From positions 115,754,001-115,818,000 of the forward strand of contig OX597822.1 of NCBI GenBank assembly GCA_951406725.2: 64,000 nucleotides of DNA. Direction: 5' to 3'. The DNA comes from Octopus vulgaris (taxonomy: Eukaryota). The notes below the pieces were generated by a model, which ran no database searches, was not told where the DNA came from, and saw nothing but the letters and a program-made list of their open reading frames with translations. Below are positions 41,435-56,703 of this stretch, piece after piece. The translations under genes and the position numbers were made by a program. The number at the start of each line of letters is the position of its first letter. The stretch's first letter is position 1.

Positions 41435-42984
41435 AACAATGGCTGATGGTGAACATTTTTTTTGTTCAGGGATGATTATCTGGGTCAAGACAGATTACTG
41501 TTGCTTTTGTAGCCCTGGAGGTAAAAGTGGGAGACCACCTTAAAACATTGGTCACAAAGTATTCCGAAGACATCCATGTTCAATTCAGTGGAAACTTCGA
41601 TCGCTGGAACAGTGTTATGAAAGCGAGACAGAGATAGAGAGGCAAGGTGGAGAATTAGGTGAGTGAATAAAAAAAACAACAGAAGACAATGTTTATATAT
41701 CGGCAGCAATGATTTATCAAGTCATTTGATTGTCAACATGAATTATGTGAGTTTCTGGCTTGCATTTTGAAAAAAAAAAAAAAAAAAAAAAATTCAACTT
41801 ATATTTTTTTTTAATAATTTTTAAAATTTTTTTCTCGATTTTTGTTATCTTGAAATTAACAAATTTACACAAGCTGGCAAAAGCCATGGCATTTGTGTAA
41901 AAATAGAACCATATTCCCGATGTCCTCTTTGGGTAAAGCTGGCTGTCTACTTCACCACATATATCTCTATACTGCAGACAGATGTACAGACCAACAGACA
42001 ATTGACTTTGGTATTGTGAATCACATGAGGGGGAGGGTAGGAGAGCAGGGCGAGGGAGGCTACCACTGCCACGGTCGTCTATATACAAGCAGCACACACA
42101 CACACACACACACAGGCTTTCATCATCATCATCATCATAAGACATTCTGTATCAAACCACTAATAAAGTTATAGACATTAATTGCTTTTTTTTTTTTTGA
42201 AATATATTATTCAGAGAAAACCATTTGCTTTAAACACCAGCAGCAGCAGCAGTAGCAGCAGACTGTTGGCTCTTCTACCGATGGTTATTGGTGTTGACCA
42301 GCGGCAGTGGTAGCCTAAGGTAGCAACGCTACCCGGGAAGCATTTATTTATTTATTTATTTATTAAAAAAAGGTAAATTGAAAAATTTTGAAAAATATAA
42401 TAATTACACTGATGCAGAGAGAAAAATATAAAAATAAATATAAAGAAATTACAATGAGAAGATATTGTAGAGAGAAAGAGAGAGGAAAAAATCAAAAACA
42501 AAACAAAAAAAAACCGAAAAAGAAAGGTTTGGGTTATTTTCAATCAGAGCTTCAGAACTATTTAGACCACAAAAAAAAAAAAAAAAAAATAGAGAGAGCG
42601 AGAGACATAGTAGCAAATTGACAAAAATATATATATATATTCCCACAAATTGAAGAGAGAGAAGGAGGAGGAGGGAGAAAAAGAAGAAGTGAGATAAAAT
42701 AAATGGCTTCTTAAAATTAAAAATAAATTACACAGAGGTGATCAAACAGGTTTTGAAAATAAAATATAAAAAAAGTTTTGAAGTGAGGAGGAGGGGGAGG
42801 AGCAGAGTAAAAGCAATTGAGTATACAAAAACTAAATAAAAAAAAATAGCCCTCACCTTTATGAATTATATATACATACACATACATATATCTATATGTA
42901 TATTAATATATATATACACATACATACATACATATATACACATACATACATACATATATATATACACATACATACATACATATC

Positions 42985-43020
<36 letters not shown>

Positions 43021-43961
43021 TACATATACATATATGTGTGTGTATGTATAATTTCTAAAGTTCTCTTTCAAAAACAAAGCTTAATCAAAGAGAGGAGTAG
43101 AAAAATTAAACCCAGAATAGCAGATTTTTCATAATGGCATCAAAGTTATATGATCTGTTTCAATTCTTTTTTTTGTTTTATCTTGGTTGGTGGTTTTTTT
43201 TTTTTACCTTTCTTTTCTTTTTGTTTTATTTTTTTGCCTTTTAAAAAATAATGAAAAAAAAAAAAAACAGAAAAAAAACTGAGAACTCCAATGCTGTTTC
43301 TTTGTTCAGAGACACATACACACAACAAAAAGAACAACAGGAACAAAACAAAAAAAAAAAGAAACATTCTGACACACAAAAAAAAAAAAAAAAAATGATT
43401 GGTTATTTCTGTTCCCACAAATGCCATACTGGAGAGAAGAAACCAGGCATTCTGACAGTCGAGTTTTTCGAAAATTAGGATGTTGTCAGAGATTTAGTGT
43501 CGATTTTAGCCAGTCAAGCAAGTTTTTCGGGAGAGGGGGAGGGTAAGAGAAGGAGGAGGAGGAGGAGCAGGAAGAGGAGGAGGAGGAGCAGGAAGAGGAG
43601 GAGGGTCAAGGACGCAGCAGTTATCTTTCCCTCTTGTGTCATTATTTAAGGCATTGCATGTGCTGCTATGCAATGTGTGTGTGTGTGTGTGTGTGTGTAG
43701 TCTAGTATGTAAGCATATCTCTATTGATGTGTGAGCGAGGACATTATGTGTCAGCAGCTAACTTAATCTCATTGTGAAATATTTCAAATATTCAAATAAA
43801 CAAGTGAATATTTAGACACAGCTACAGAGAGATAAGGGAATTGAATCATTATGTTGATCAATAGAATGTTTTGACATCTGAAGGATCCAACTAATGTTAT
43901 ATATATATATGCATACATATATATATACACATACATACATGCATATATATGTTTGTGTGTG

Positions 43962-44003
<42 letters not shown>

Positions 44004-45608
44004 CTTAAAAGAAAGAATGGAGGAACAACTCATATGAGCTATTTTAATTTTTGTTTGGTTTTGTTGGCTTAAATCTCGGAAACACTGAAGAAACAGGATA
44101 TAATTGAAACTTACTAATGGAGCGAAGGAGGCCAAATACCTAAGTCAAAAAGAAGCTAGATAGATAATTAAACGATTAACAGGTGACGTTTAGGCTTTCT
44201 CCAAAAATGAGCCAATTTATTTAACATTTTCTCCTAGGACTATATTCGCCAAGATTTTATTGTCTCTGACATGATATTGTTAAAAAGTAGCTCCTTTCCT
44301 TCTTAGAAGGGTCCACAAGTTTCCATAGTGTTAAAGGAATGAGAAATAAAGGTTCTGGAGAGGTCTTTAGTCCATTTACATGTAGCTTTCCTGCAGCGAG
44401 AATGGAAATCAACACTTTGAGTCAGCAAGATTAATGCCAAGCTAAAAGTGCAGCAGAAATTGCCACCTATTTTGGACTCATTGACACAACCGGATGAAGA
44501 TGACTTTGTTAATATTTGGTTTAATTTAAACCAGTTATTCCCAAAGTAGATGGTACTAACCCCTTGAGAGTGGTAGAAAGATTGGCGAGGAGGGGATGAA
44601 GAAAAAAGGGGCAATAATGGGGACGGTCAAAAAGTGGGGAGATGGATGTAAAAAAAACCCCTCAAAATAATGGGTTAATTAGATTAAGTTTTCTTTGTGA
44701 AATACAGTTGTTTTGAATTTGCTGCAGAAAGAAGTCTGTGCTTATGGTGGTGAGTAGGGAGGGTGGGGGCAGTTGGCTCTAGGAGTGTGACCCGGGTGCC
44801 AAAGGAGCAGCAGGCCAAAAGAGTTTGGGAACCATTGATTTAAACCGTTGTTATCTGAGAATCAACTTCACATGCACATAACCTAAAACTTAGTAACCTC
44901 AAATAAAGTACCGACAGCAGAGTTGTTGCCAGAAAGGGAAGAGAGAAGGGTGGTGGTGGGGTGGGGTGGACGAGAAACAACCCCAGAAATGCTGGATTCG
45001 TTTGTTGTCTTCTTTGCAATAATACATGCATGTGTGTGTGTGTGTGTGTGTGTGTAGAAAGTGAGGGAGAGCAGGGGAGCATCCTGGAGACAAATCAGCA
45101 GTTAAGATTAAATCATTGTTGATTAGTAAAGAAAAAAATAATAAATAAAAAGTTATTGGATCACAGAAGAGAACTTTAGCAGGTTATAATTACTTCTTTT
45201 TTTTTTTACCAGTTGAGAGACTAAGTGCAATTGAAATGATAGTAGGAGGGAAAGGTAGAGGAGAGTAAGGAGATAGAGTGGGGCAGTCAACAAATGACTG
45301 TTGACATTGGCTGGAAGGATGTGTGTTCATGTGGAGATTTAGGCAGAAAGAATGGATAAATAAAAGTGAGGGGGAAAAGGTGAGGGATCAGGGACAGTTG
45401 GGGTTTTGTTTTTTTGTTTTTTTTACAGTGGAAGTGGACAATAATTTCAGAGCATCAAAGGGAAAGAAACTACCATGTGACTGTCAGATAAATTCTGAAA
45501 AATGTTGAAGTGACAAGGAAACAATGGAGAAAAGAAAGCCTACAATAAAGAGGTAAAGGTGAAGGGAGAATAGAAAGAGAGAGAGAGAGAGAGAGTGAGA
45601 GAGTGAGT

Positions 45609-45640
<32 letters not shown>

Positions 45641-46323
45641 CACATGTGATGGAAAGAGAGAAAGAGATAACTGACAGGATACTGAATAAAAAGAGCAAAA
45701 GAAAAAATGAGAAGATGCAAAAGTGATATAGGAGAAATAATCTCTCTGGTAAGCAGTAAATGTTGGGGTTTTTTTTTTCCTTTTCCTTTTTATTTTTTGA
45801 AATGTGAGATGAGTGGGGAATAATAAAGCCAAAACCGTCAATTAAAACTAACTTATAATATTAGCTATTATTTAAAAATTTACACCAAAATTAACCACAG
45901 ATATTTGAAGACAAAGATTGAGATTACAAAATATCAGAGTACAGCTTTTTAACTTCTGTACCAGCATCAATGAATGATGTTGGAACAAAGAAGATAGCAA
46001 GTAGACGACAGAGAAGATAAAAAAGATATTAAACCACAGAAGAAAAGGAGAAAGAGCTGAGCGTCATTCAATTCTGTAGAAGAAATGAGAGATGTCAAGG
46101 ATGATTCTAATGAGGTGGTATCAGTCTTCTGCCTCTCCAGTTGTCCTTTATCAGACTGAAGAGCTTTTCCTTCCTGTTGTTGAGTGACCACCACCCACTG
46201 ACACCTGATGACAAATCACTTCAGACTCAATGATCCTTAGCTTAAGCTTACAACCTTCATTTGCCAATAAATGAAAAAAAAAACCCAGCTCGCTAAAAGC
46301 AGGAAAAAGAGTCCTGGACACAT

Positions 46324-46359
<36 letters not shown>

Positions 46360-49300
46360 TTTGCAATAGAAACATTGACATACTATGAATATATTATACG
46401 TTGGCATACAAACATGGTTTGGGTGTGTTCCTGAAAACAGAAGCCTGCTGGACATCACTGAAGCAAATGGAGAATGATGCTGGGCTTTGGACAACAGCTG
46501 ATGACAAAGTGGAAATGTAAAAGGACAGTAATGTTGAAAAGAAAACAATAGGTTCCACGAGGCCACCACAGAACTGTGAAGGTATTTGTGTAGGGAAATG
46601 ACAAGGATAATTAGCAGGGAGGAATAATATAGAAAAATATATATTCGTTTTTTTTTTTTTTTTGTGGATGGTTTATATGTAAGGAAGAAAAGGTGGATGA
46701 TAGAGAGAAATATACAGAAGAAATGAAAGAAGCCCAGAAAGATAATTATTTGTAGAGGTTTCTGAAAGAATAAAAAGCAAATCTCTATTGCTACCGACAG
46801 AATGAACTGTCAGTAAAATTAGTTCCCATCAATTCTACAAATTTAATGTATTCGAAATCTTCTAACTAAACTTTGTGAGTGTAGGTTATTATGACATGGT
46901 TATGAAAAACTTGGTGAGAAAACGCATTGAAATTCAACAGCCTACATGTCATTTGTATATTTGAAGGACGGATAAATGTTTCAGTCAGGCCAATAGAGAG
47001 AGGAAGGACATTACAAAAAGGAATGAATACAATCCAACCTAATCCAATAATTCATACTCATAAAGCTACCTGTAACAGATATATTAGATGACTAATTTTA
47101 TAAGGACTATATTATTAAAATCTGAGACTCATAGTGTGATGGCAGTGCTAACTCTGGGGTACAGTTAAGCAAGTTCCTACTCATAATCCTCTGAAATGAC
47201 TATAACTCTTTACTAAACAGAATCTACACACCATCTTTGGTTGGTTGACCAGTGGAAGGGAAATTGTTCTAAAGAATTCTTAATTTAAGTAACAAGAAAC
47301 ATACACAAGCAAATGCCATTGGCTTTATAATTTCTAGACACAAAGAAGTCAGTTATAAAACTAAGAACCACATTATAGAAATATTATTAAAAAAAATATT
47401 AAGACAATTTTCAAGGGGGTAAATAACCACTAATTTGGCACATTCTAAGAATAAGGAGAGGTCAACGCTTTTTTTTCCTTAAGATTTATGGCAAGATCGG
47501 ATTTTAATATTATATGCTGAGTTTTAGGCTACAGCAGTAGATAAAAGCATTTCAGATCTACATTCATCAGTGATATGAAAATAAATGAGTTCTTTTCATT
47601 TTAGTTGGTAAACCTTTCAGCATGTGTATTAATGAAGTCTGGTCAACAGCCATCTAAAACTTCACACGGAAATATCAAGTAGATTAACTATCAGCTATTC
47701 TTTTTTCAGTTTCCCTTATAATAAAACAGAAAGAAAACATTGTTTCAATAAATATGGAAGATGTTGAAGCACCCAATTATTGGTGGCTTCTTTTGTCTGC
47801 CCTGAAGCTACAATTTTTTGCTTTGGTGCAAAATAGTTTGTCGGCTTTTGTAGAAAGTTTGCAGTAAAAATAACTATGCACCAAGAAACAATGTAATTTT
47901 CTCACAGAAGAAGGAACAGCACACGATTTTTAAGTTCTCTTTGATCGAGAAAACAATTTATGGAAACGACCTTCTTTCATAGTAGTCTACTGTGAAATAA
48001 TTGAACAAAGGCCAAAAAGAAAACACTTGTCAATTAGCTATGCAATGGACAACAACAGGATAGGGCCAACAGACTGGGCCATTGATATTTGTAGACTCTC
48101 AAAGACATGTCTGATGTTTACAGTATAAGCATTTCAGTTAATTGAGCTAGAGTCAACATAATGCCAGATGCAGTGGTAAGACAAAGAGACAAGATTCTGA
48201 TACTCAGACAAATTATCCAGGTTTGTATGGCTTAGAGAGAGTGGGAGGGGGGTTACATTTTAGATTAATGAGCTCATTATCAGTGAAGATAGAAGTATAT
48301 GACGAGACAGGTGTCACAGGAAAGAAATCCTTTGATGTTTCGAGGTTAAATTAAGTCACTGCAAGCTCAAAGGACCTGATCAACTTCAAAATGCTGAGAG
48401 ACAGACAGACAGACAGAGATCAGTCAAGCTGGCTAACTGCATCGCCACATATTCATACTTTATATGCTGATGTCCAACAAAGTATTTACTTACCAACAAT
48501 GAAACTAATCTGCAAATAAAGCTAATTCATGATATTATTCTATCTGCTTGGCTGTTTGTGTTTGAGTATAAAGGAGGTAATTTTCTGGATTTATTGAGGA
48601 CTTGTGCAAAAATCAAAAGAGTAAGATAAGAGAGAATATGTTAAGTTTTAAGAGTCAAGGTCAACAACTGGAGCTTAACTTGAGAGATAGGGTGAGTGGA
48701 AGTTATGGAATAAGAGAGGAATCTTCAGACAGAAGTAGTTTCCTTGTAATAGTAGCAGAAGCAAACCAGCCAACTGGTCAACCACCCAAGCAAATAACTA
48801 ACCAGCAGCATCCAGCCAAACAATACTTGATAAGTTTAGTTGATAGTAAACTACATATTCTGTGACATGGCTACAAGCAAACCTATCTGTAGATTGACTG
48901 AGAATTTGGCAATCTACTCTTAAATTGTTTGGATGTAGACAGACATGTGAGTGGTTGAGTCAGTTGAAAGTAAGCTGGGAGTGTGGCTGGGTGCAAACAA
49001 AATAAATACTGACTGGGGGAGCGGGGGAGGGGGGTTCGAGTAAGCAAGCAGCCAAGCGAGCTTGAAGCAGGTTCTCAATGGCTCCTTGTATAAAAGAAAT
49101 CTGTGTGGTGGTTATATGAAACAAGTGTGGTTGCCCTAGTGCACAAGAATGGGGCAGAAGAAAGTTAAATTGAAACTGAATAAGGAAGAAGAGATGAAAG
49201 ATTAGTTTGCTCCATACACATGGGGAGTAGCAGAGAGGGTGGACGAGAATATAAGAAGCATTCCTTTAGTCGGCAGCGGAGAGAAAAAGGGAAAGAGAGA

Positions 49301-50134
49301 AAGAAGTAGGGAAGTGAAATTCATGCTTCTCTAGTTGTATGATTGTTGTTATGGGAGGCAGAGGAGAAAACCTGCCTACATCAGAATGGAATTGCTGCTA
49401 CTGTGGAAGATTTCAACCAGACACAGACGGAAGGGGAAAAGAAAAAAAAGAGAGGCTGGGGGTGGTGGAGGAGGTATTACATGACAGTTATATTCAACTA
49501 GACTAAAGCCATAACATAGAAGAGAGAGAGAGAGAGAATGCAAAAGCACCCAATGACATAAGCCAATTGACAGCAGAGGGCCCTGCCTTCTTTAAGCAAA
49601 AGAAATACAAACTCATACCAATTTGCCAATCTCTTAAAATACTGCCTCACAATGAAGGTGGAATACTTTAAACAATTTTAAAAGTTTAAATAAAAAAAAT
49701 AAAGGGGAGGGGTGAAATAAAAAGAAGTGTTTCATGCTGTTTCAGTTAAATATTTCATTGGAGATAAGCTCCAAAAGAGAACCGTTAAGTATATTTTGAC
49801 TACTTACACAGACCATCTACATATCCAATGTAAACAATTTTCCCCTTGAACTATTCAACGTGTTTAAAGTGTGTGTGTGTGTGCGTGCGTGTGTGCGTGC
49901 ACGTGTGTGTGTGTGCGTGCGCGTGTGTGTGTGCAGCATGATTTCAACTCCTGATTGCAGCCTCTTTAAATCATTAATGTCCCAGAGAAAAGCATGGACA
50001 TCAGAAATTGGAATGTCTCAGATATAAATTAAGAGAAAGTTTTGTGTCTAATGAAAAAAGAAATGAATTTATAGATAGTAACTAACGAAGAATTAAATAT
50101 TAAATGTTTTATCAATTCAGTTATGATAATAATA

Positions 50135-50342
50135 ATTATTTCAATTTTGGCACAAGGCCAGCAATTTGGGGGGAGGGAGTAAGTTGATTACACTGACCCC
50201 AGTGTTCAACTGGTACTTATTTTATTGACCCCATGAAAGGCAAAGTCAACCTTGGCAGAATTTGAAGCCAGAACATGAAGACAGACAAAATACCACAAAG
50301 CATTTTGCTCAGCATCATAACAATTCTGCCAGCTTGCAACCT
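50135..50342 (-). mobile_element. SINE family B, CpG-erased copy
   Basis: gaaaggcaaagtcaaccttggcagaatttgaa equals the family core with CG changed to CA/TG. Confidence 0.8.
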
Positions 50343-51320
50343 TAGTTATTATGATGAGACTATCATCCTTAGAACATCTCTTAAATGTCCAATGAATCAT
50401 GTATTGAGGCAATTCAAATGCAATTCATATCAAAGTTTTATTAACCTCCAAGAAGTTAAAAAGAAAAAAAGCCAACTCCTACAACCAAAGCGGCCAACTA
50501 ACTTCTAGAAACTTCTGTCGATACCAATTTTACCAGCTGATTATACTAACAAACTGTCACTGCTCTAAATATCCCAGCTAAAAAGCAATTCAAAGCAATT
50601 AGTAGTTTTGCTTTTTATTTTTTAAGCATAATTACTGTGTTTCAGAAACCAGAAGATATTGGTTCAATTTTATCTAAAAAGAACTTCTTGGTTATTCTTC
50701 TTATTAAATTTTGTTTTTATCCTGAATTTCATGAGTGCATCATATCCTTAGTTGTGATTCTCAGCAGGCTTCTAACTGAATCATGGCACAATGGCCAAAC
50801 AATATAAAATGTCGGCATTCTGAAGTTTGTATCCTATCAGGTGTTTTGCATCGCGAAGCATGGTACTTAGGCCTCACTTGCTCCAGTCACAAGGGCTACA
50901 AAAATCTAGTGAAAAGAAGAATTACAGAATTCAAAGGCAAAGCAGGCTTGCTTCTATTCCCCAATCAGCTGACCACTACATCATTATTTAGATATAAAAA
51001 TTAAGGTCCAGTTGAGATAATAATTCCCACTTGGATGTAAACTTTAAGGTCTAATGGCGATAACGATTGCTGCTGAAGTTACAGTGGCAAATGAAACGTA
51101 GAGCAACAAAATAAAGATGATTATTAGAAAGAAGACAAGCAGCAAGACCAAATGAAATTCCATTTGAAGTTGACCCCAAAAATGCCCCAAGAATAGAAAC
51201 AGTGGAGAAAGGGGAAACTGTTTCGTGAACCACAAAATTTAGAGAAAAGCAGGAAAAGAAACAATAAATGGTGGAGTTGTGTGTGGTTTTCTTAAACCAA
51301 AATTGAAATTTCATTTGGAT

Positions 51321-51354
<34 letters not shown>

Positions 51355-52467
51355 TATGATTGAAGGAGATATGTGGGTAATTAATTAACCAACATTAACA
51401 AAATAAATTATAAAAATATAAGAAAAAAGAACCTGTTGATCAGTGTAGAAAATATGATTATAACAATGATGATGATGATGGTTGTTTTTTACATAATTAT
51501 GAAGCTTTAAGTAGAGATAAATGTGTTGGTAATGATAATGATGATGATAGTAATGAAGAAAAAGAATAACAGCAATAATCATAATATACTAATAATGGTG
51601 AGGAGGGGGGGACCCGAAACAATGTTAAGTATAATAATATGAGGTGAAAGTGGAAAAATTACAAAAAAAAAAAAAAATAATGAAATACAACAAATGCCAG
51701 GGTTTATAAAATATAAAACTAACAACCAACAGAGATAGCTCCTTGAAATACCAGAAGGACTGTGAGGGAGTAACAGGGGCCAGCAGCTCATCTGTAAACA
51801 GACGGGTATGCACCTAAATATAGAAAAGGTGAGAGATAATGAGGAAGAGAGAGAGAGAGAGAGGGATAAAGAGTTCAGGTAACAGATCAATGTCAAGTGG
51901 AGGGGATACAATCAGGGCAGGTGAGAAATTGTAACCTTTTTTTTTTAAAGAACAGATAGGAAAAAAAAAAATATAAATTACAAAAATAACAGGGGGTGGG
52001 GGACTGAGAGAGCAGGGGATGGGAGGTAGGGTGGAGGAGATAAAAGAGAAGATTAGTCCAGGAAGGGATGGAGGCATGGTGATGGAACTCGACGGTACTC
52101 AGCGGACGGCAATACTCTGGCTGGTTCCCTCTCCTGCAAGATGTCTGCTATTGAAACTGTGTGGTTGCTGTTCTCAATACTTTTTGCTACCGGCTCTGCA
52201 GGTGGTTGCCATCTGCCTACCTGCAACTCCAACTCACATTATTTATATATTTATAGGTGTGGGGCAGCAACCAGTCTATGGATGTATGCCTGCACACATT
52301 AGATACACATTGAAAAAAAAAAAAAAACATTGGAAAAAAAAAAAAGAAAAACTTTCTCACATAATATTTTCTGAACAAGAGATGATTGTCATAGACATAA
52401 AACAATATTTTTTTTCCAATTGAAAGGGCTTGGAAGATAAAAACATGTTTGTAATTGTTGCTTTTTT

Positions 52468-52510
<43 letters not shown>

Positions 52511-53047
52511 GAAACCTTTGAGTTTGAGTGTGTGGGTGTGTAAATAACCAGGTACATCAACAATGAAGAGATGACTAGAGAGAAGTTTCCTAGAAATGAT
52601 ATCAAAGATTAAAGATGTTCTGTTTATATTTTAAATTTTCGTTTTTTACAGTTTGCAACAAGTTTTCAAGAACCAGGAATTGATTGAAATATTATTATTA
52701 TCATCATTATTATTATTATTATTATTATTGATGCTAATAACAATAACCGAAAAATAATTAAAGCAAAATGGATCTAGGTCAGTTTAGCTAACAGATGGTC
52801 AACAGATAAAAATATCACAAATGTTACCTGTATATACATTCATAGATTATGGATTCTTACAGAGCTGCTTTGTGTTAGAACTAAAATATAAATTCCATAC
52901 CATTGGTTTCATAAATGCCCATATGTTACCATGGTCACTATATATTCTAACAGGGGTGTAATGAATCAATAATTGCGTTACACACATACACACATGAGTA
53001 TGTATGTTTTTATGAGTGTGTGTGCATGTCAGATGCTATGTGTTTAT

Positions 53048-53086
<39 letters not shown>

Positions 53087-55681
53087 AATATTTTAAACAT
53101 ACTACAGGAGTTTGATGTGTGTGCTTGTGAAAACAAATATGGATAAAGTGATAAATTCATAACTTTGGGGTGCAAGATTAGATCAAAACTCATTCTCTGT
53201 TGAAATATGAAATAAAAGAATAGAATTTCATATTTGTAATTTCTTATTTTCGAATGCGCAATTCACTTTGAGGTGGGGCAAAGAAAAGAATCCGGATGCA
53301 ATTTGGACCAGAAACAAATACTGCCATTCCTCCAACATGCACCATTGTCGACAGAGGTTATTTTGTGCTAAGAACCTTGAGAATTCTAGAGTATTCATGT
53401 TTCTACAACAATCTGTTATTTTTAGAAAGCACTTGTGCGAAATTCCACTTGTTCAGAGAGAAGCATTGTGTTTGCTAAGTGAATGTCAACTCTTCTTACA
53501 TGACAGACAAATAAGAAAAGAATAATAACAGTTGTATTGGGTGGATTGTTTAAAGGACATAAAGAAAAAGAACAAAACAAACAAAAAAAAAAAGAACTAC
53601 AAATGCTTAAATATTGCATGCTAAACATTTTTGCTCTCTTTCAGACTGCATAAAATCTAAACCTTGCCTCGATTACTTGGTTCGTTTTTGACAGGCTACA
53701 GACATCTTACTTCAACAGAAATCATTCACGAATATCTGAAACTACATTCTCACGCTTGGCCTGCATAGTTATTAAGACTGAATAATTTCTATTAAAGTCG
53801 TTTAGACAAATTTTAAGGTAAACGATCAGCTCTGCCAACCAACCAGATGTAACTCGAAGCCTCCATTATTCACATTATTCAATTGACTGGTACCAAAGCC
53901 AAAATAAAACATTTAGTCTCATATGCAATAAAATACTAAGTTCTAGTTTTTGACCAATAGCATTAGTGATACAAATGTCACATTTGATATATAGAATTCC
54001 ATACAAACTATAAAGCCTAGAAAATTAGATAAATAAATCTTGCAGCTATGCCTGCTTTAAAATATACTTTAAGTAGTTTCATTCCAAATTAAGATAAAAT
54101 TAAAACCAACATTATTATATCTAAAGTAAATTAGTGATCCAAGTAAAATTGAGTAAATTGAGTGAGAGTTTTTTTCTCGTTAAATTTCCCTTAAAATGCA
54201 ATTATCTAAAAATAGAAAACATGCTCTCCTTTCATTCACTTTACTTACTAAAGCTAAACGTAAGTATGACCAAATATATAGAGAGTAGAGTAAATTAAAC
54301 TACACCTATCCTGAAGGTATTAAGCAAGGCAAACGACAAAATCTCACTGAAATCTTATATCAGGCCACAGACTTAATTGGCTGAAAGCACACTTTGCATG
54401 TAATGAATCCCAGCTTTTCTATAGCAACTCCACAGGAATTAGACAATGTATTGAATATAAAATACACCATACAAATTATAGGATTATGTGCTGCTGTTTT
54501 AGATATTGTTTTTGCTCTTGTATTTGAAACAGTCAGTAAAAGAGAGTCTTTCAGTGTGCTTTATTCATTGCACCACCCCATGTTCATTGTGTGATACATT
54601 TAATACAGATTTAGTTTACATGTGTTCCTTAATTCAGTCTAGGCTTCTCTCAACTACAGTGGAATAAATGCACGATAAAGAATGTGTGAAGAATTTCAAC
54701 GAAAACAAAAATGAAAAGTAAAAAAGCTATTTTGTTGAAATGGAGCAACTATAAACATGTGTATGGAAACATCAGAACAAAGTACCAAATATTTTTCTTT
54801 TGAGCATAAATTGTTGCTGATAGTCGAGTTGGTGGTGAGGCAAGTAACTACACTCCATAGCAAAGATGCAGAAGCTATTTATCATCAGAGAGGGTAAGCT
54901 TACAACTCCAGAGATTTCCTAAAAACTAGTCATCTGCCTTTTGGGGTTGGGGCAGTACACAGCTTAAACTGCACAATCTGCAGCAGAAATAGGAAAATAA
55001 TAGAGTTTGGTAAAAGAAAGTAATTCTGCCATGTGGTTTATCTTCCACTATTAATAAAGAATAAAAACACACATACTGCCTGTACGAAAAGACTCATTTC
55101 ACCCGAGAGAAGAATTTTGGGGAAAATTTTAAAAGACCTAAGCATCTAAGAAAAACGAGCAAGATCAAAGGGAGTTGGCAGTTTGTAGGGATGAGAAAGC
55201 TAACAACTTGAGGAGGAGGAGGCATAACATTTATCCGTAACCAAATAAGTAAACTTCACATTGTCTATAAACACTTCTCAATTGTAAACTGCTTTATAGT
55301 ATAAAAGAGACCAAACGCATGGAGGGATCCCAGTGTTTATCTAACACATTCATAACAGCAGCTTTCAGGTACCTTAACAACATAAAGAGGGATAGTAGTG
55401 AAGGTTCAAACTTAGGAAACCAAACTAGATACAACCAAGTATCTATAATGCTTCATGGCTTGTGTCAACTTGTCCTAAGGATGGGTTCTTCTCCAGGCAG
55501 GATGCCTCACAGTTTTAGAAGCACAAAATTATGGAATTCATGCTCTTCCAAAGGGTTTTACTGAGTTCAATGTAGAGGCTTTAACACAACTGAAAGTGGA
55601 TTGTACACTCGGTCCCCTGGCAATTTGGTACCACACAGTAGTAAAGATTACTATTCTACTGTCATAAAAATGATAATAATG

Positions 55682-55828
55682 TTTCTAATTTAGGTACAAA
55701 GCTAGTACTTAACTGGTACTTTATCTTATTGACCTTGAAAGAATGAATGGCAAAGTTAACCTCAGTGCAATTTGAACTCAGAGTGTAAAAAGCAATTTTT
55801 CCACTGATTTAACAATTCTGCCAACTCA
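55682..55828 (-). mobile_element. SINE family B remnant, CpG-erased
   Basis: aactggtactttatcttattgacc...ggcaaagttaacctcagtgcaatttgaactcaga. Confidence 0.7.
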
Positions 55829-56437
55829 ATAGAATATTGATGACAATGATGATGATGACAATAATAATAATGATAATAATATTACAAAGAAGAGGAATAG
55901 TTAGTCTTCCCAATTGAAAACTGTTGCATACATTCCTAATTTACTGAATAAAATATCAACACATTGCTTTGGAATTTGAAAATCTAAAACACATTTTTCA
56001 TGTTATATCAGTTTTGAGAGGAGAGAGAATAGACAAACAATGATAAACACTAGAAAAAGTGTGTGTGTGTGTGTGAGGTTTAATAAGAGAAAAAGTAGCT
56101 GGTGAAATGAGTTGATTAGCAAGCATGTCAATGAAATGCAATAACCTGCAAATGTGTTGCAATGCATCCACCTTCACTGCTCTGTTCATGTATAGTATAC
56201 ACACATGAATATATACATACATTACAGTTCAGATGTTTTATGCCCATGCTACGACACTTGGTACATGAGTAGATGGATGGTTCTTGATTGAGAAATTACT
56301 TTATCATTTATATTTTCATTTGATGTTCTTCATACTGCTAACCACAGAACCATGGAGTATTATACGAATATATATATATATATATACATACTTGATGTTT
56401 ATGGTTTCTTGCAACACGACCAGATATTATAACTCTT

Positions 56438-56470
56438 GCCGCTGAAGAGACTGAAGTCGAAACATCTGGC
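56438..56470 (+). ncRNA. Minimal type I hammerhead ribozyme in a short TA-flanked insert
   Basis: gccg CTGAAGA gac tgaa gtc GAAA ca TC tggc: stems I and II pair and the core is intact. Confidence 0.75.
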
Positions 56471-56590
56471 CATGCTGTTGGAAGCCAATAAACACCAAAA
56501 ACATTTATACATACATATATATATACATACATATATATACATATATATATATACATATATACATACATATATACATACATACATATACAT

Positions 56591-56627
<37 letters not shown>

Positions 56628-56672
56628 CATACATATATACATACATACATACATACATGTATACATACATAC

Positions 56673-56703
<31 letters not shown>

